Shown: positions 9,411 through 19,578, counted from the stretch's first letter. The stretch: DNA of 64,000 nt from Candidatus Binataceae bacterium (GCA_035524095.1 DATKPK010000134.1:24515-88514), one strand, 5' to 3'. Notes: generated by a model not told the origin, from the letters alone. Translations and numbers: made by a program.

Positions 9411-10535
9411 TTACTCAACCGTCCCTTCGACTACTGGCGTCGGTGGTTCTGCCCGTCCACCACGGTCGTGCTCTGCAAACAATTGGCCGCACGCCGCCGC
9501 GATATCGCGTCCGCGACTTTCCCGGATCGTGGCGGTCAAGCTACCCCGATGGAGCAACGCTTGAAAGGCTTCGACTCGCGCTCGCGGACTCGGCGCAAAT
9601 GGCGCTTCTGGAAACGGATTGAAGAAGATCAGGTTGACCTTCGCCCGCAAAGGACCAAGCATCCGCGCCAGCCGCCGCGCCTCATTATCCGAATCATTGA
9701 CGCCATCGAGCATCACATACTCGAACATGATCCGCCTACGCCGCGCGAGCGGAAGGTTCCGGCACGCGGCAATTAACTCATCGAGCGGATAACGCCGGTT
9801 GATTGGCGCGATCCGATCACGCAATTCATCGGTGGTCGCGTGCAGCGACACTGCCAGGTTCACCCGAAACTCGGATAGCAGCCGTTCCATCATCGGAATC
9901 AGGCCGACCGTCGAGACCGTAATTCGCCGCGGCGAGATTCCCATCCCCCACGGCGCCGTCATAATCGTCAATGCCCGCGCCAGCCGCTGATAATTGGCGA
10001 GCGGCTCGCCCATACCCATGAAGACATAGTTGGTCAGCGCCTCGCCTTCGGCCAGGTAACGCCGCGCCGCGAGAATCTGCCCAAGAATCTCATTGGCGGC
10101 AAGATTCCGCCGCAATCCCATTCGCGCGGTCGCGCAGAATTCGCAGGCCATCGCGCAGCCCGCCTGACTCGAGATACACAGCGTCGTGCGATCGTCCGCC
10201 GGGATGATCACACTCTCGATTGCCTCGGCGCCTGCCTGTAGCAGCAGCTTGCGCGTACCATCGGCCGAACGCGCAATTTCGATCACGTTCGCATCGACTG
10301 CATCGAGCTGCCAATTCGCCGCCAGCCAAGTACGAAGCCCCGCCGGCAGATCACTCATCGCCTCGAACGATTCGGCGCCGCGCTGCCACAACCAGCCCAT
10401 AATCTGCCGCGCGCGGAACGGACGCTCGCCGATTTCCCCGAGCGTTTGCTCGGCTTCGGCGAGCGTCAGGTCGCGAATCACGCGCTTCACGCCCGCCACT
10501 GGGGCTGGAATCTCAATCGTCGCCGCCGCATTCAC
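9411..10535 (-). CDS. rlmN: 23S rRNA/tRNA adenine-C2 methyltransferase RlmN (radical SAM)
   Basis: Radical SAM cluster motif CAMACEFCAT and the conserved RlmN framework. 374 aa. Confidence 0.9.
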   Translation of the reverse strand: MNAAATIEIPAPVAGVKRVIRDLTLAEAEQTLGEIGERPFRARQIMGWLWQRGAESFEAMSDLPAGLRTWLAANWQLDAVDANVIEIARSADGTRKLLLQAGAEAIESVIIPADDRTTLCISSQAGCAMACEFCATARMGLRRNLAANEILGQILAARRYLAEGEALTNYVFMGMGEPLANYQRLARALTIMTAPWGMGISPRRITVSTVGLIPMMERLLSEFRVNLAVSLHATTDELRDRIAPINRRYPLDELIAACRNLPLARRRRIMFEYVMLDGVNDSDNEARRLARMLGPLRAKVNLIFFNPFPEAPFAPSPRARVEAFQALLHRGSLTATIRESRGRDIAAACGQLFAEHDRGGRAEPPTPVVEGTVE

Positions 10536-10630
10536 GCCATCTATTGTAGAGGAAAATCCTCCGCACCCAAGCTATTCCGTTCAATAGGTTGTGGCTTGGA
10601 TAGCTGCCACCAGATGCTGTTGGCAGCGCG

Positions 10631-11356
10631 CTACGCGCGCTTCAGTTCCGCGAACCGCCATAGACCCAGCTCCGGCTGCTGCATGTCGAGACGCGAATCG
10701 TTCAACAGCCGCTCAGGTTGTGGCAGGTCAAACGGCGCGATCGTCAGATTCACCGGCCGAAAGCTTCCCGGCCAGATATCGTGATTGAAGGTGACACGCG
10801 GTGAAGTTGTGGCCAGCAGATATTTCGCGCCGGTTGCCGCGAGGTTGCTCAGCGCCGACTTGATTTGCCGGTTCGACAGATGGATCAGGCAATGACGGCA
10901 GAGTACAGCGTCGGCGGCCGGTAACCGATCGCGGGTGATATCGGCCACCATAAAGGTGCGTTCGGCCGAAGCGTAAAATTCGATATTGCGCCGGATCAAC
11001 TCGTCGACCACGTCGATCCCGCAATACTGAACATCTCCCAAATCGACCGTTTTGAGCCAGTTGAAGTCGCCACAGCCGGCATCCAGCAGCGTCTGTACGT
11101 GAAGCTCAGCAAGGATCGTGGGCAGTTGCCCCCGAATCGCCGCGCTGAGTTCGAGCGTCGATCCCGCACCGGAAACCGATTCGTCTGATCTCCACAAGTT
11201 ATTTCGATAGATCTCGCTGAACGTGCGCCGGTTCGATCGCATTTCCAGCCATCGGATATGCCACCGCGCGTAGGCTTCGTCGCCGAGCACCCGCCGCATG
11301 ATCGCGCCGAGGTCTGGTCTTGCTCGCGGCCACCAGCCTTTTGCATCCTCCCCCAT
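10631..11356 (-). CDS. Class I SAM-dependent methyltransferase
   Basis: LLDAGCGDFNWL SAM-binding motif I. 241 aa. Confidence 0.7.
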   Translation of the reverse strand: MGEDAKGWWPRARPDLGAIMRRVLGDEAYARWHIRWLEMRSNRRTFSEIYRNNLWRSDESVSGAGSTLELSAAIRGQLPTILAELHVQTLLDAGCGDFNWLKTVDLGDVQYCGIDVVDELIRRNIEFYASAERTFMVADITRDRLPAADAVLCRHCLIHLSNRQIKSALSNLAATGAKYLLATTSPRVTFNHDIWPGSFRPVNLTIAPFDLPQPERLLNDSRLDMQQPELGLWRFAELKRA

Positions 11357-11416
11357 CTTCCTTACTCACCCAGATTGAATCGCCCGGTGTGCCGTTCGCC
11401 AGTCCCTCCCTCGCGC

Positions 11417-12469
11417 TCAGCGAAAGCCTTGGATCGTCACGACTGCGGTCGCACCCATCCGGAACGGAAACCGCTCATCGTTCGGCCCCATGATCACGCG
11501 TACGGGGAAGCGCTGCGACAGCCGAACCCAGTTGAGCGTCGGTTCGATCTGCGGTAGCCCGGCCACGGTCGCGCCATTGTCCTGATAAAGCGCCCATCCA
11601 GTGCCTTGTACGGTGCCGCGAAACGGATGGTTCGGGTAACTCCGCAAATAAACCTGCGCAGTCATCCCGGGCAGAATATGCTCCAGGAAATCCTCGCGAA
11701 AATTCGCCAGCACGTACCAGTTACGATTGTCGACCAGACTCAGTACTTCGCGGCCTTCGTTGCCGTATTGTCCCACCGCGATATTAAGGTTGGTGACATA
11801 CGCGTCGAAGGGTGCTTTGACATAGCAATACTCGACATTCAAGTTCGCATCGTAGACCGCTGCCTCCGCCGCCTTGCGCCGGGCATTTATATCGCCATAC
11901 TGCCCCAACTCGTTGGTTGAGCGCTGGACCTCGCTATGGGCGCTCGCGATTGCCGCCTCGTCTGCCTGCACGCGGCTGCGCGCATTGAAAACGTCGTTGG
12001 CGGTAACGAAATGGCGTGCGAGCAGCGGTTCGATCCGTTGCAGGTATTGCCGGTCGTAGCTCTCCTCGGCCATCAACTGCTGTTGGCGCGATCCGGCTGA
12101 GCGCACCGCGTCCTCTAACGCCCGAATCTGCAGATTGGTCAGCATCAGGTTGGCTTGGGCATTATCGAGCGCCGATTGATAAGGCCGCGGATCGACCACG
12201 AACAGGAGTTGTCCTTGCGCCACATGTTGATTGTCGTGAATCGGCAATTGCACGATCGGGCCGCTCACATGTGGCGCCACGCCCACGATATTCGCCCGCA
12301 CATAAGCGTCATCGGTCCGCGGAAAGATATAGTAGAGCCGCGTGACATAGGCTCCCACCACCAGCGCCGCGATTACGATCGCAATCCCTAGCAGGCGCCC
12401 GGCCACCACCTGAGCGCTGATTCGCGGCCTGGTGGTTGTGATAGCCGGCGGTTCAGCGATAGCGGCCAC
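11417..12469 (-). CDS. HlyD/EmrA-family efflux membrane fusion protein
   Basis: N-terminal TM anchor, then a conserved HlyD signature RTDDAYVRANIVGVAPHVSGPIV...VVDPRPYQSALDNAQANL, a coiled-coil middle region and a C-terminal beta-barrel. Confidence 0.85.
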   Translation of the reverse strand: MAAIAEPPAITTTRPRISAQVVAGRLLGIAIVIAALVVGAYVTRLYYIFPRTDDAYVRANIVGVAPHVSGPIVQLPIHDNQHVAQGQLLFVVDPRPYQSALDNAQANLMLTNLQIRALEDAVRSAGSRQQQLMAEESYDRQYLQRIEPLLARHFVTANDVFNARSRVQADEAAIASAHSEVQRSTNELGQYGDINARRKAAEAAVYDANLNVEYCYVKAPFDAYVTNLNIAVGQYGNEGREVLSLVDNRNWYVLANFREDFLEHILPGMTAQVYLRSYPNHPFRGTVQGTGWALYQDNGATVAGLPQIEPTLNWVRLSQRFPVRVIMGPNDERFPFRMGATAVVTIQGFR

Positions 12470-12472
12470 GAT

Positions 12473-12736
12473 TCAGATCCGATTGAAGAAGATCAGCCAG
12501 GTAATACAGCCGATCAGAAGCACCAGGCACGGGTAGATCAGCAAACCGGGGCCCATATGCGGCTCGATTCCCAGCGCCGCGAACAGCAAGTGCAGGACCC
12601 CCGCCAAAGCGATTCCCACGATCGAGCACAGCAGCCACCCCGGAAAGTTCGCGCCCCCGATATTGATCACCGGGTCGCATCCCACCGACGCCATTGCCAG
12701 CATCATCACTAATCCGGCGTCGGCCAACCTTCTCAT
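12473..12736 (-). CDS. Small two-TM membrane protein (DUF1656/AaeX-like), partner of the HlyD gene
   Basis: Short hydrophobic ORF ending 4 bp upstream of the HlyD gene, a typical aaeX-aaeA-like arrangement. The start is taken at the internal Met (MRRLADAG); the longer ORF extends to 12817. Confidence 0.5.
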   Translation of the reverse strand: MRRLADAGLVMMLAMASVGCDPVINIGGANFPGWLLCSIVGIALAGVLHLLFAALGIEPHMGPGLLIYPCLVLLIGCITWLIFFNRI

Positions 12737-12993
12737 GGACGCTCCCTCAACCGAATCGGTACGCGTTGGGTCATTTGAGCCGCGATTTTGACCGATTATC
12801 GCGCCCCGAAGCAACATTGCTGTAGTCTCACCCTATCGGCGCGACGAATCCCGACACTATCGGCGGTCCACCCTCTTGCGCTGCTACTCTGGTTGACAAC
12901 TACACTCCCCGCTGATGACTATCGACGCTCGGACGGTATCTCTGTCCGTCACGACTATAGCCAATCCACGCGGACCACTTCACGGAGGCCACG

Positions 12994-14241
12994 ATGAACA
13001 ACGAAATCACTCAGGTTGACGAAAAAAATCGCTGGCGGCTCGAAACTCCCGGCCACGACGGCTGGCCGCGTACCGCTCGCCCCGAGGACCCCGCCAAGTA
13101 CCTGATGATTTCGGCTGACTGCCACGCCAACGAGCCGAGCACGCTTATGTATCAGCGTATCGATGAGAAATTCCGCAACCGTCTCCCGCATATCGAAGTC
13201 GATGACAAAGGTCAAAAGTGGATGGTCGTCGAGGGCTATCAGCGTTCGCGCGTCCGTCCGGTCACCACCGACGACGCGCCCAAAGGCGGCGAAGACCGCC
13301 TGCGTGGCCACGCCGGACGCGACCCGCTCGACCGTATCCGCGATCACGCGCGTGACGGCATCGATGCCGAGATCGTCTTTCCCAACAAAGGCCTCTCGAT
13401 TTGGGCCACTCAGGACGCCGAGTTCGGCAACGCGCAATGCCGCGTCTGGAATGATTGGGCCTGGGAAAACTTCGGCCAATACAACGACTTCATGTCACCG
13501 ATGGCGGCCATCTTCACTTCTGACGTTGATCTGGCCATCGCCGAAATTCAGCGCGTCGCGAAAATCGGTTTCCGCGGCCTGACCCTGCCGTGCAAGCCCG
13601 TATGGGGTGCGCACGACGCGCGTCATCCCAATTACAATCTCGATCTTTACAATCCGCTGTGGGCGGCGATTCAGGACTGCGACATTCCGATCACCTTCCA
13701 CGTCTCGACCGGCCGCGATCCCCGCGCCGCCCGCAAAGATGGCGGTGCGATCATCAACTATGTCTCCCATTCGCTCTCGCCCACGATTGAGCCGGTCGCC
13801 AATCTCTGTGCCTCAGGCGTGCTCGAGCGCTACCCGCGAATTAAGTTCGCTGCCGTTGAATGCGGTATCGGATGGGTTCCATGGGCGCTCAATGCGATGG
13901 ACGAGGCTTATCGCAAGCATCACCTGTGGGCCTTCCCAAAACTGAAGCATCTGCCGAGTGACTATTTTCGGAGTAATGGCGCCGCGACCTTTCAGGAAGA
14001 TCCCGCCGGCCTCGATCTGGCTGTAAAGTATAATCTGGTTGATAATTTCATGTGGGCGAATGACTATCCCCATGCGGAAGGCACATGGCCCCATTCCGCC
14101 GAAGCGATCGAGCGCGAGATGGGCGCGTTGAACGACGATCAGCGCGCGAAGATTCTCGGCCTCAACGCAGCGCGGATGTTCAAGTTCGACACCGCGAAAC
14201 TCCTCGCCCGCCGCTCCTCGACCCACGCCGCGGTTCAGTAA
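12994..14241 (+). CDS. Amidohydrolase-2 family protein (ACMSD-like metal-dependent hydrolase/decarboxylase)
   Basis: 415 aa with a TIM-barrel amidohydrolase_2 pattern: His-containing motifs (CHANEPS, FHVSTG) and a conserved Asp near the C-terminus (ANDYPHAEG). Confidence 0.75.
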   Translation: MNNEITQVDEKNRWRLETPGHDGWPRTARPEDPAKYLMISADCHANEPSTLMYQRIDEKFRNRLPHIEVDDKGQKWMVVEGYQRSRVRPVTTDDAPKGGEDRLRGHAGRDPLDRIRDHARDGIDAEIVFPNKGLSIWATQDAEFGNAQCRVWNDWAWENFGQYNDFMSPMAAIFTSDVDLAIAEIQRVAKIGFRGLTLPCKPVWGAHDARHPNYNLDLYNPLWAAIQDCDIPITFHVSTGRDPRAARKDGGAIINYVSHSLSPTIEPVANLCASGVLERYPRIKFAAVECGIGWVPWALNAMDEAYRKHHLWAFPKLKHLPSDYFRSNGAATFQEDPAGLDLAVKYNLVDNFMWANDYPHAEGTWPHSAEAIEREMGALNDDQRAKILGLNAARMFKFDTAKLLARRSSTHAAVQ

Positions 14242-14286
14242 CGGCGCAGCGTCATCTGGTAGAAAATCCAGCGGCAGCAAAATCCA

Positions 14287-14322
14287 CGCAACCGAATCGC
14301 CTATGCGGTTCGGTTGCGTTTA
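14287..14322 (+). terminator. Rho-independent terminator after the amidohydrolase gene
   Basis: Perfect 10-bp inverted repeat CGCAACCGAA / TTCGGTTGCG with a 12-nt loop, followed by TTTAA. Confidence 0.5.
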
Positions 14323-14416
14323 ACTCCAGCCATGTCATTCTATTGCGCGATGCAGCCGCGAGACGCATTTTCAGGCGCACGGCTCATCACATTAGCTAGA
14401 TGATTGGGGGTTTACC

Positions 14417-14875
14417 TTGTCGCGCGTGATCCGATTTTTCTCTTCGCTCGGTATCGTGTTTCTCCTCGGCGGCATTCTTGCTCCGCTCGCCCAGGCGCAG
14501 TCCGAACCGCCTGACGTCTTTCAGCCACCCAACATGCAGGCGCCCACATCCGGTAAGGCAGATTTCATGCGCAACTGCGCCTCATGCCACGGCGCCAACG
14601 GCAAGGGCCACGGTCCCGACGTTGCTGCCCTCGGCATCAAGCCCAGCGACTTGACCGCGATCAGCTTGCGTAACGGTGGCGTCTTCCCCTTCAAACAGGT
14701 CGAGAACGACATCGACGGCCGCAAGACCGTCCCGGGCCACAAGCGTTTCGATATGCCGTTTTGGGGCACCACCTTCCAGCCCGACGGCAAAGAGTTCACG
14801 CCCGAAAGCGAGGCCAAGGTCCAAGCCCGCATCGACGCACTCGTCAACTACATCAAGTCCATCCAGCGCCAATAA
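14417..14875 (+). CDS. Secreted c-type cytochrome
   Basis: Signal peptide, heme-binding CASCHG motif and a distal Met ligand region. 152 aa. Confidence 0.8.
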   Translation: MSRVIRFFSSLGIVFLLGGILAPLAQAQSEPPDVFQPPNMQAPTSGKADFMRNCASCHGANGKGHGPDVAALGIKPSDLTAISLRNGGVFPFKQVENDIDGRKTVPGHKRFDMPFWGTTFQPDGKEFTPESEAKVQARIDALVNYIKSIQRQ

Positions 14876-15400
14876 GTGGAGCGAACTCGTATGGCATGGA
14901 GTGCCCCCCTCACAGTCCATCAGCTCCTGCAGCGAGTCATCGACCATCGCCTAACCTGGCCCGACTCTGCGATTTGGCCAATCCAACCGCGCGGCGTGTA
15001 TCTTGTCTCGGAGCATCCGTGGGCCTTCTACCCAAACCCAAACTTAATGAGCACTCCTAGGGATCCTCTTGTTAGGTATGTAGGCAAGAGCGACGCGAAA
15101 ACGCCTCAGTTCGCCGCTAGGTTTGGCCAGTTGGTGATAGGGCTCGCTGGTTATGGGGACCGAACTTGGATTGGCCACCAAGGCGCGTACAACCTTCTTG
15201 AGTACGTCAGCTGGGAAAATCCTATCATTAATCCGCTGAATTTTTACGTCGCTTGGCGTACCGATTACGTTTGCCCAAGCTGTGCAGAGATCGGACTATA
15301 CGGATGGTTCAGGTGCAGCTTAAAACAAAAAAGACCTCGCCGCTGTGCTAGCCACAACCCTTCGTATCACATGACGGCGACTCTGGAATTGGAGCACTAA
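14876..15400 (+). CDS. Hypothetical protein in a low-GC insert; weak GIY-YIG-like (GVY...YVGKS) and C-terminal Cys-cluster features
   Basis: 174-aa ORF exactly filling the gap between the cytochrome c gene and glyA. GC drops to roughly 47-50 % from about 15000 onward. The composition is protein-like (W/Y rich). A CPSC...C...C cluster lies near the C-terminus. An alternative ATG start is at 14891. Confidence 0.45.
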   Translation: MERTRMAWSAPLTVHQLLQRVIDHRLTWPDSAIWPIQPRGVYLVSEHPWAFYPNPNLMSTPRDPLVRYVGKSDAKTPQFAARFGQLVIGLAGYGDRTWIGHQGAYNLLEYVSWENPIINPLNFYVAWRTDYVCPSCAEIGLYGWFRCSLKQKRPRRCASHNPSYHMTATLELEH

Positions 15401-15412
15401 ACACTCTTCTAT

Positions 15413-16684
15413 TTAGTTCAGCAAGCCGGGCGTCGGGAAGCGACGCGCAAACGCCTGTACCTCATCTGCGATACGTGCGATCACTGCCTCGTCATCAACA
15501 TGGCCAATGACCTCATCCATCCACGCCGCTATTGTGCGCATGTCCGCCTCACCCATCGCGCGCGAAGTCACCGCGGGTGTCCCCAGGCGAATTCCGCTCG
15601 GGCTGAATGGTTTTCGTGGATCGTACGGCACTGTGTTGTAATTACAGACGATCCCCGCGCGGTCCAGCGCCTTCGCAGCTTTCTTGCCGATAACGCCCTT
15701 GTTCGTCAGATCCACCAGCACGAGATGGTTATCCGTTCCACCTGAAACCACGCCGAAGCCACGCGCCATCAGTTCAGCCGCCAGCGCCTTCGCATTGGCT
15801 ACGACCTGCCGTCCGTATTGCTTGAACTCTGGTGTCGCCGCTTCCTTCAACGCGACCGCAATCGCGGCCGTCGTATGGTTATGCGGGCCGCCTTGCAGTC
15901 CCGGAAAGACCGCCTTATCAATCGCCGCCGCATGCTCCTGCTTGCACAGGATCATTGCACCGCGTGGTCCGCGCAGCGTCTTATGGGTCGTCGTCATCAC
16001 GACGTCCGCATAGGGCACCGGGTCCGGATGCATCCCCGCCACGACCAATCCCGCAATATGTGAAATGTCGGCCAGCAGATACGCACCAACTTCCTTCGCG
16101 ATCTCACTGAAAATCTTGAAGTCGAACTGGCGCGGATAGGCGGTAGCACCGGTCACAATAATCTTCGGCCGTTCCTTGCGCGCGAGGTCCCGCACCGCGT
16201 CATAGTCAATCCTTTGTGTTTCGCGATCGACTACGTAATGAATCGGCCGCCAGAACGATCCGGTGATGCTGACGTTCCATCCATGCGTCAGATGGCCACC
16301 CATCGGCAGCGCCAGACCCATCAGGCCGTCGCCCGGTTTGAGCAGCGCAAAATAGATTGCCAGATTCGCTGGCGATCCCGAATACGGCTGAACGTTCGCA
16401 TGTTCGGCTCCGAACAGCGCCTTGGCTCGCTCGACCGCGATCGTCTCGATCTCGTCGATATAGCGCTGACCTTCGTAGTAGCGCTTATGCGCGTAACCCT
16501 CCGAGTATTTATTCGCGAGGATTGAACCGGTCGCTTCGAGCACCGCTTTCGAGACGTAATTCTCCGACGGAATCAGGCGCACCGAATCGACCTCGTAGTG
16601 CTCCTCTTCCTTGATCAGATTGTATATTTCGGGATCGGTCCGCCTTAGTTCGTCCACGCCGCCATCTCCGTCGAGACTAATCAC
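15413..16684 (-). CDS. glyA: Serine hydroxymethyltransferase
   Basis: RLIPSENYVSKAVLEATGS motif and the PLP-lysine region TTTHKTLRGPRG. 423 aa. Confidence 0.95.
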   Translation of the reverse strand: MISLDGDGGVDELRRTDPEIYNLIKEEEHYEVDSVRLIPSENYVSKAVLEATGSILANKYSEGYAHKRYYEGQRYIDEIETIAVERAKALFGAEHANVQPYSGSPANLAIYFALLKPGDGLMGLALPMGGHLTHGWNVSITGSFWRPIHYVVDRETQRIDYDAVRDLARKERPKIIVTGATAYPRQFDFKIFSEIAKEVGAYLLADISHIAGLVVAGMHPDPVPYADVVMTTTHKTLRGPRGAMILCKQEHAAAIDKAVFPGLQGGPHNHTTAAIAVALKEAATPEFKQYGRQVVANAKALAAELMARGFGVVSGGTDNHLVLVDLTNKGVIGKKAAKALDRAGIVCNYNTVPYDPRKPFSPSGIRLGTPAVTSRAMGEADMRTIAAWMDEVIGHVDDEAVIARIADEVQAFARRFPTPGLLN

Positions 16685-16765
16685 TAGAGCCTAACGGCGC
16701 GCCCGCCCTAAGGCAAAGGGGGCTTTCTCAAGGGGGCAAACTATGTGCCCGCGGATGGTTCGCGG

Positions 16766-18133
16766 CTAATGCAAATCGGGCGGCGTCATTTTCTTGACCC
16801 AACCGCGATAGCTGCCGTCGTATCCGACCGCCGCCTGCCGCTCCCGCACCAGCTTCTCGATTCGCCCGATCGCTTCTGGCGTCAGTCCCGCGCGATGCTC
16901 GACGTCGGCCGCCATTGCCTCCGCCTCCGCCGCGGCTTCGCGCCGGGCTAGTTCGCTGAGCTCAAACCGCGCACCGTCTTCGGCCAATCCCAGGTACTGT
17001 TCCGCCACATGAATTCCGATATGTGTGCCGCTCACCAGCGAATCCTTGATATTGCCCTTGCCGGTCAGCACGTTACCCGACGCGTAAACCGCCGTCCGTC
17101 CTTCCAGCACGAGGCCGACGTTCTGCTCAACATAACGGTACACTTCACCCGCCTGTGGAATCCCCGGTATCGCCTCAGGAATACTGCCGATTGAGCTGAT
17201 CGTCATCGGCCCGGTGACATCGTATTCACTGCCCGCGAGCTTACGCGCCTTGCCCTCGATTACTTCTGTCCGCGTCATCTGGATTCCGGTCAGCCGCCCG
17301 TCCTTGACCATCAACCCGGTCGGCATATTCTGATCATGGAACTCGAACAGAAACTTACGCTGTGCCTTGTCGAGAATCTTGCTCCGCGCCGCCCTCAGCG
17401 ATTCCGCTCGCTTGGCCGGCGTTCCTTCCGGAATATCCGATAACGGCATATCGAGCACGCGCCGCCGATAGAACAACTTACACGACTCGATACCAAGGTC
17501 CGCCCACGCCAGTCCGTGACTTTTCAGCACTGGCTCGATTCCTTCGCGTTCGAGCCGCAGCATATCTTCCCTGATCCCGCGCTGCCTGAGCCCGGCCAGC
17601 GCCATCTCGATCTGCAACACTTTGACCACGTCAATTGACGCGAGTCCGCCGCCAATCACTATCGTCCCCGGCTCCAGCCGATAGCGCGGACCGTCATACC
17701 CGGCTTCCGGATAATGGTTAAACCAGTAGATCAGCGGGTTCTGATAGACCAAGCCCTTATCGACGTAGTGATCGGCCCCGTCGACTGGAAACGGCCGGTC
17801 GCGCCACGCGCCGTTCGCCAGCACAATCGCGTTCAGCCCCCAGCTTTGGCGCAATTCCTCGAATTCCAGGTCACGGCCCATCCGCGTTAGCGGCAGATAT
17901 AGGATATTCGGATTGTCGAGGCGGCGGTTGATCTCTTCATACTCGTCCAGCCGTTGCTTGACGTGCCAGCGCGGCAACCCATCCTCGATTTTCCCGTAAG
18001 GACGCGGGTTCTGTTCAATCACTATCACCAGCGCACCGCGGCCGGCGAATACCCGGGCGACCTCCGAGCCGGCGGTGGCTCCTCCGATTACAGCGACAAC
18101 ATGGCGGCGACTGGTTTTGTTGGTTTCTGCCAT
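16766..18133 (-). CDS. FAD/NAD(P)-binding oxidoreductase (adrenodoxin-reductase / FprA-like or glutamate-synthase small-subunit-like)
   Basis: Rossmann GxGxxG motif HVVAVIGGATAG twelve residues after the Met at 18133, and a second dinucleotide motif IVIGGGLASID. The ORF track extends to 18256; the internal ATG at 18131-18133 gives a canonical N-terminus. Confidence 0.7.
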   Translation of the reverse strand: MAETNKTSRRHVVAVIGGATAGSEVARVFAGRGALVIVIEQNPRPYGKIEDGLPRWHVKQRLDEYEEINRRLDNPNILYLPLTRMGRDLEFEELRQSWGLNAIVLANGAWRDRPFPVDGADHYVDKGLVYQNPLIYWFNHYPEAGYDGPRYRLEPGTIVIGGGLASIDVVKVLQIEMALAGLRQRGIREDMLRLEREGIEPVLKSHGLAWADLGIESCKLFYRRRVLDMPLSDIPEGTPAKRAESLRAARSKILDKAQRKFLFEFHDQNMPTGLMVKDGRLTGIQMTRTEVIEGKARKLAGSEYDVTGPMTISSIGSIPEAIPGIPQAGEVYRYVEQNVGLVLEGRTAVYASGNVLTGKGNIKDSLVSGTHIGIHVAEQYLGLAEDGARFELSELARREAAAEAEAMAADVEHRAGLTPEAIGRIEKLVRERQAAVGYDGSYRGWVKKMTPPDLH

Positions 18134-18354
18134 TGATCTTTGGTTCACACCGCACACAATTGCCGGTGCTGGATTCTCTACCTGTTGATAATTCAGGATT
18201 ACCTGGCTGGATAGCAGCAGCTTTCGTTTTCGTTTGCGCAGGTTAGCTGGCGTCACTTTCTATCACAACTACCCTCGCAACTGGAAAGCTGTCCTGGCGC
18301 GTCCCGAGTCTTCCGCTTGCGCACATCGGAGGCGCATGTTTTCCTGTTCCCCTG

Positions 18355-19047
18355 ATGGGCTGGCGACGTAACTCCGCGCTTTCATGGTTGTTCGCCGGGG
18401 CTGTATGCGTGACGTCGGCGGTCGCGGGATGCGTCGTCGGCCAACATCACGAGACCGCGCACTGGACCGAGGCTGACACTGCCTTAGGCGAGGAGCATGA
18501 GGTTCCCTACGATCAGGCTCAGGCTCGCCAGTACATGCAGGACGCATTGCGCGGCGACGGCATCCTCTTCGAGGTCCAGCCCGACAATTCGATTATCACG
18601 CTCTGGCGCAACGCCGACCAGCAGGCGGCAACTAGCTGGTTGATCATCAGCACACCATCACGTTACCGCTACGAAATCGAGTTCGTCCCCGAAGGCAGCC
18701 ACCGGACCAAAATCATCGTGAATGTCCGCACGGAGGGCATTCCGGACGACCAACTGGCCAGTTATAAGGCCAGCAACCGCTTCGAGCTATTCAAGGAAAT
18801 CGATGAGCTGGCCGCGAAGGAACCACCGCCTTCAGCTGTGCCGTCGTCGGGTGGGGTCAATTTCACTTTGTTACCCAACGAAAATCTTGAGACGCTGGCG
18901 CAGCGCGTCACTGGCAACGAGGCGAATTGGCGACAGATCGCCAGTGACAACGGCCTGAAATCACCGACGGATGTGACCCCATTCGAAAGCATCTGGGTGA
19001 GGTCGAATCTGTTGCCGAAAGGCTCAGCAAATTCGGCCGGTGATTAA
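18355..19047 (+). CDS. Lipoprotein with C-terminal LysM-like domain
   Basis: Lipobox VAGC after a hydrophobic h-region. The C-terminus LAQRVTGNEANWRQIASDNGLKSPTDVTPFESIWV resembles a LysM peptidoglycan-binding motif. Confidence 0.55.
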   Translation: MGWRRNSALSWLFAGAVCVTSAVAGCVVGQHHETAHWTEADTALGEEHEVPYDQAQARQYMQDALRGDGILFEVQPDNSIITLWRNADQQAATSWLIISTPSRYRYEIEFVPEGSHRTKIIVNVRTEGIPDDQLASYKASNRFELFKEIDELAAKEPPPSAVPSSGGVNFTLLPNENLETLAQRVTGNEANWRQIASDNGLKSPTDVTPFESIWVRSNLLPKGSANSAGD

Positions 19048-19260
19048 GCCGTGTGTACCGCAGTCATGAGGGACGTGATCCTTGAGAGGATCGTCGAGGG
19101 GAGGATGAGGTATGAGGCGAGGTTCGATGACTGCTCCGCGCTACTCCGTGACCGATGCGACGATCGCGCGGTCAATTGTAAGACCCGGTCTGTGCAATCG
19201 TCACACCGCGCGACGGAACCGTCGGGTCTGTACCCCCCGCCGGGGCTTGAGACTCGCTCC

Positions 19261-19578
19261 CTAATCGCTCAGATTGGCGCCGCCATCTTCGTACTCGGGC
19301 ACCAGGCCAGAAGGGCTAACCGCCGCTACCACGGCGAGGAACTGCTCGAAAGTCATCTGCAGGTTCAGGAACCCGCCCTGGCAGAAAACCCAGCCGTAAT
19401 AGTCGAGAATCTCATCCGGAATCACGAGCGGCAAACGCGGCAGAGTCGATACCAACGGAAAACGCCGCGGTTCGTCAAAGCGGCGCCGTTCCGCAAAGCC
19501 GTCGGCAACCACATCCACTCCGATCGCATGGGCTTCCCGCAGCGGGATCACATTACGTTTGGAGCTTCGAACCATCAC
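19261..19578 (-). CDS. Hypothetical small protein
   Basis: 105-aa ORF with a protein-like composition (IPDEILDYYGWVFCQGGFLNLQMTFEQF). The overlapping plus-strand ORF 19051-19581 is Arg-rich and junk-like, so the minus ORF is preferred. No recognised motif. Confidence 0.35.
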   Translation of the reverse strand: MMVRSSKRNVIPLREAHAIGVDVVADGFAERRRFDEPRRFPLVSTLPRLPLVIPDEILDYYGWVFCQGGFLNLQMTFEQFLAVVAAVSPSGLVPEYEDGGANLSD

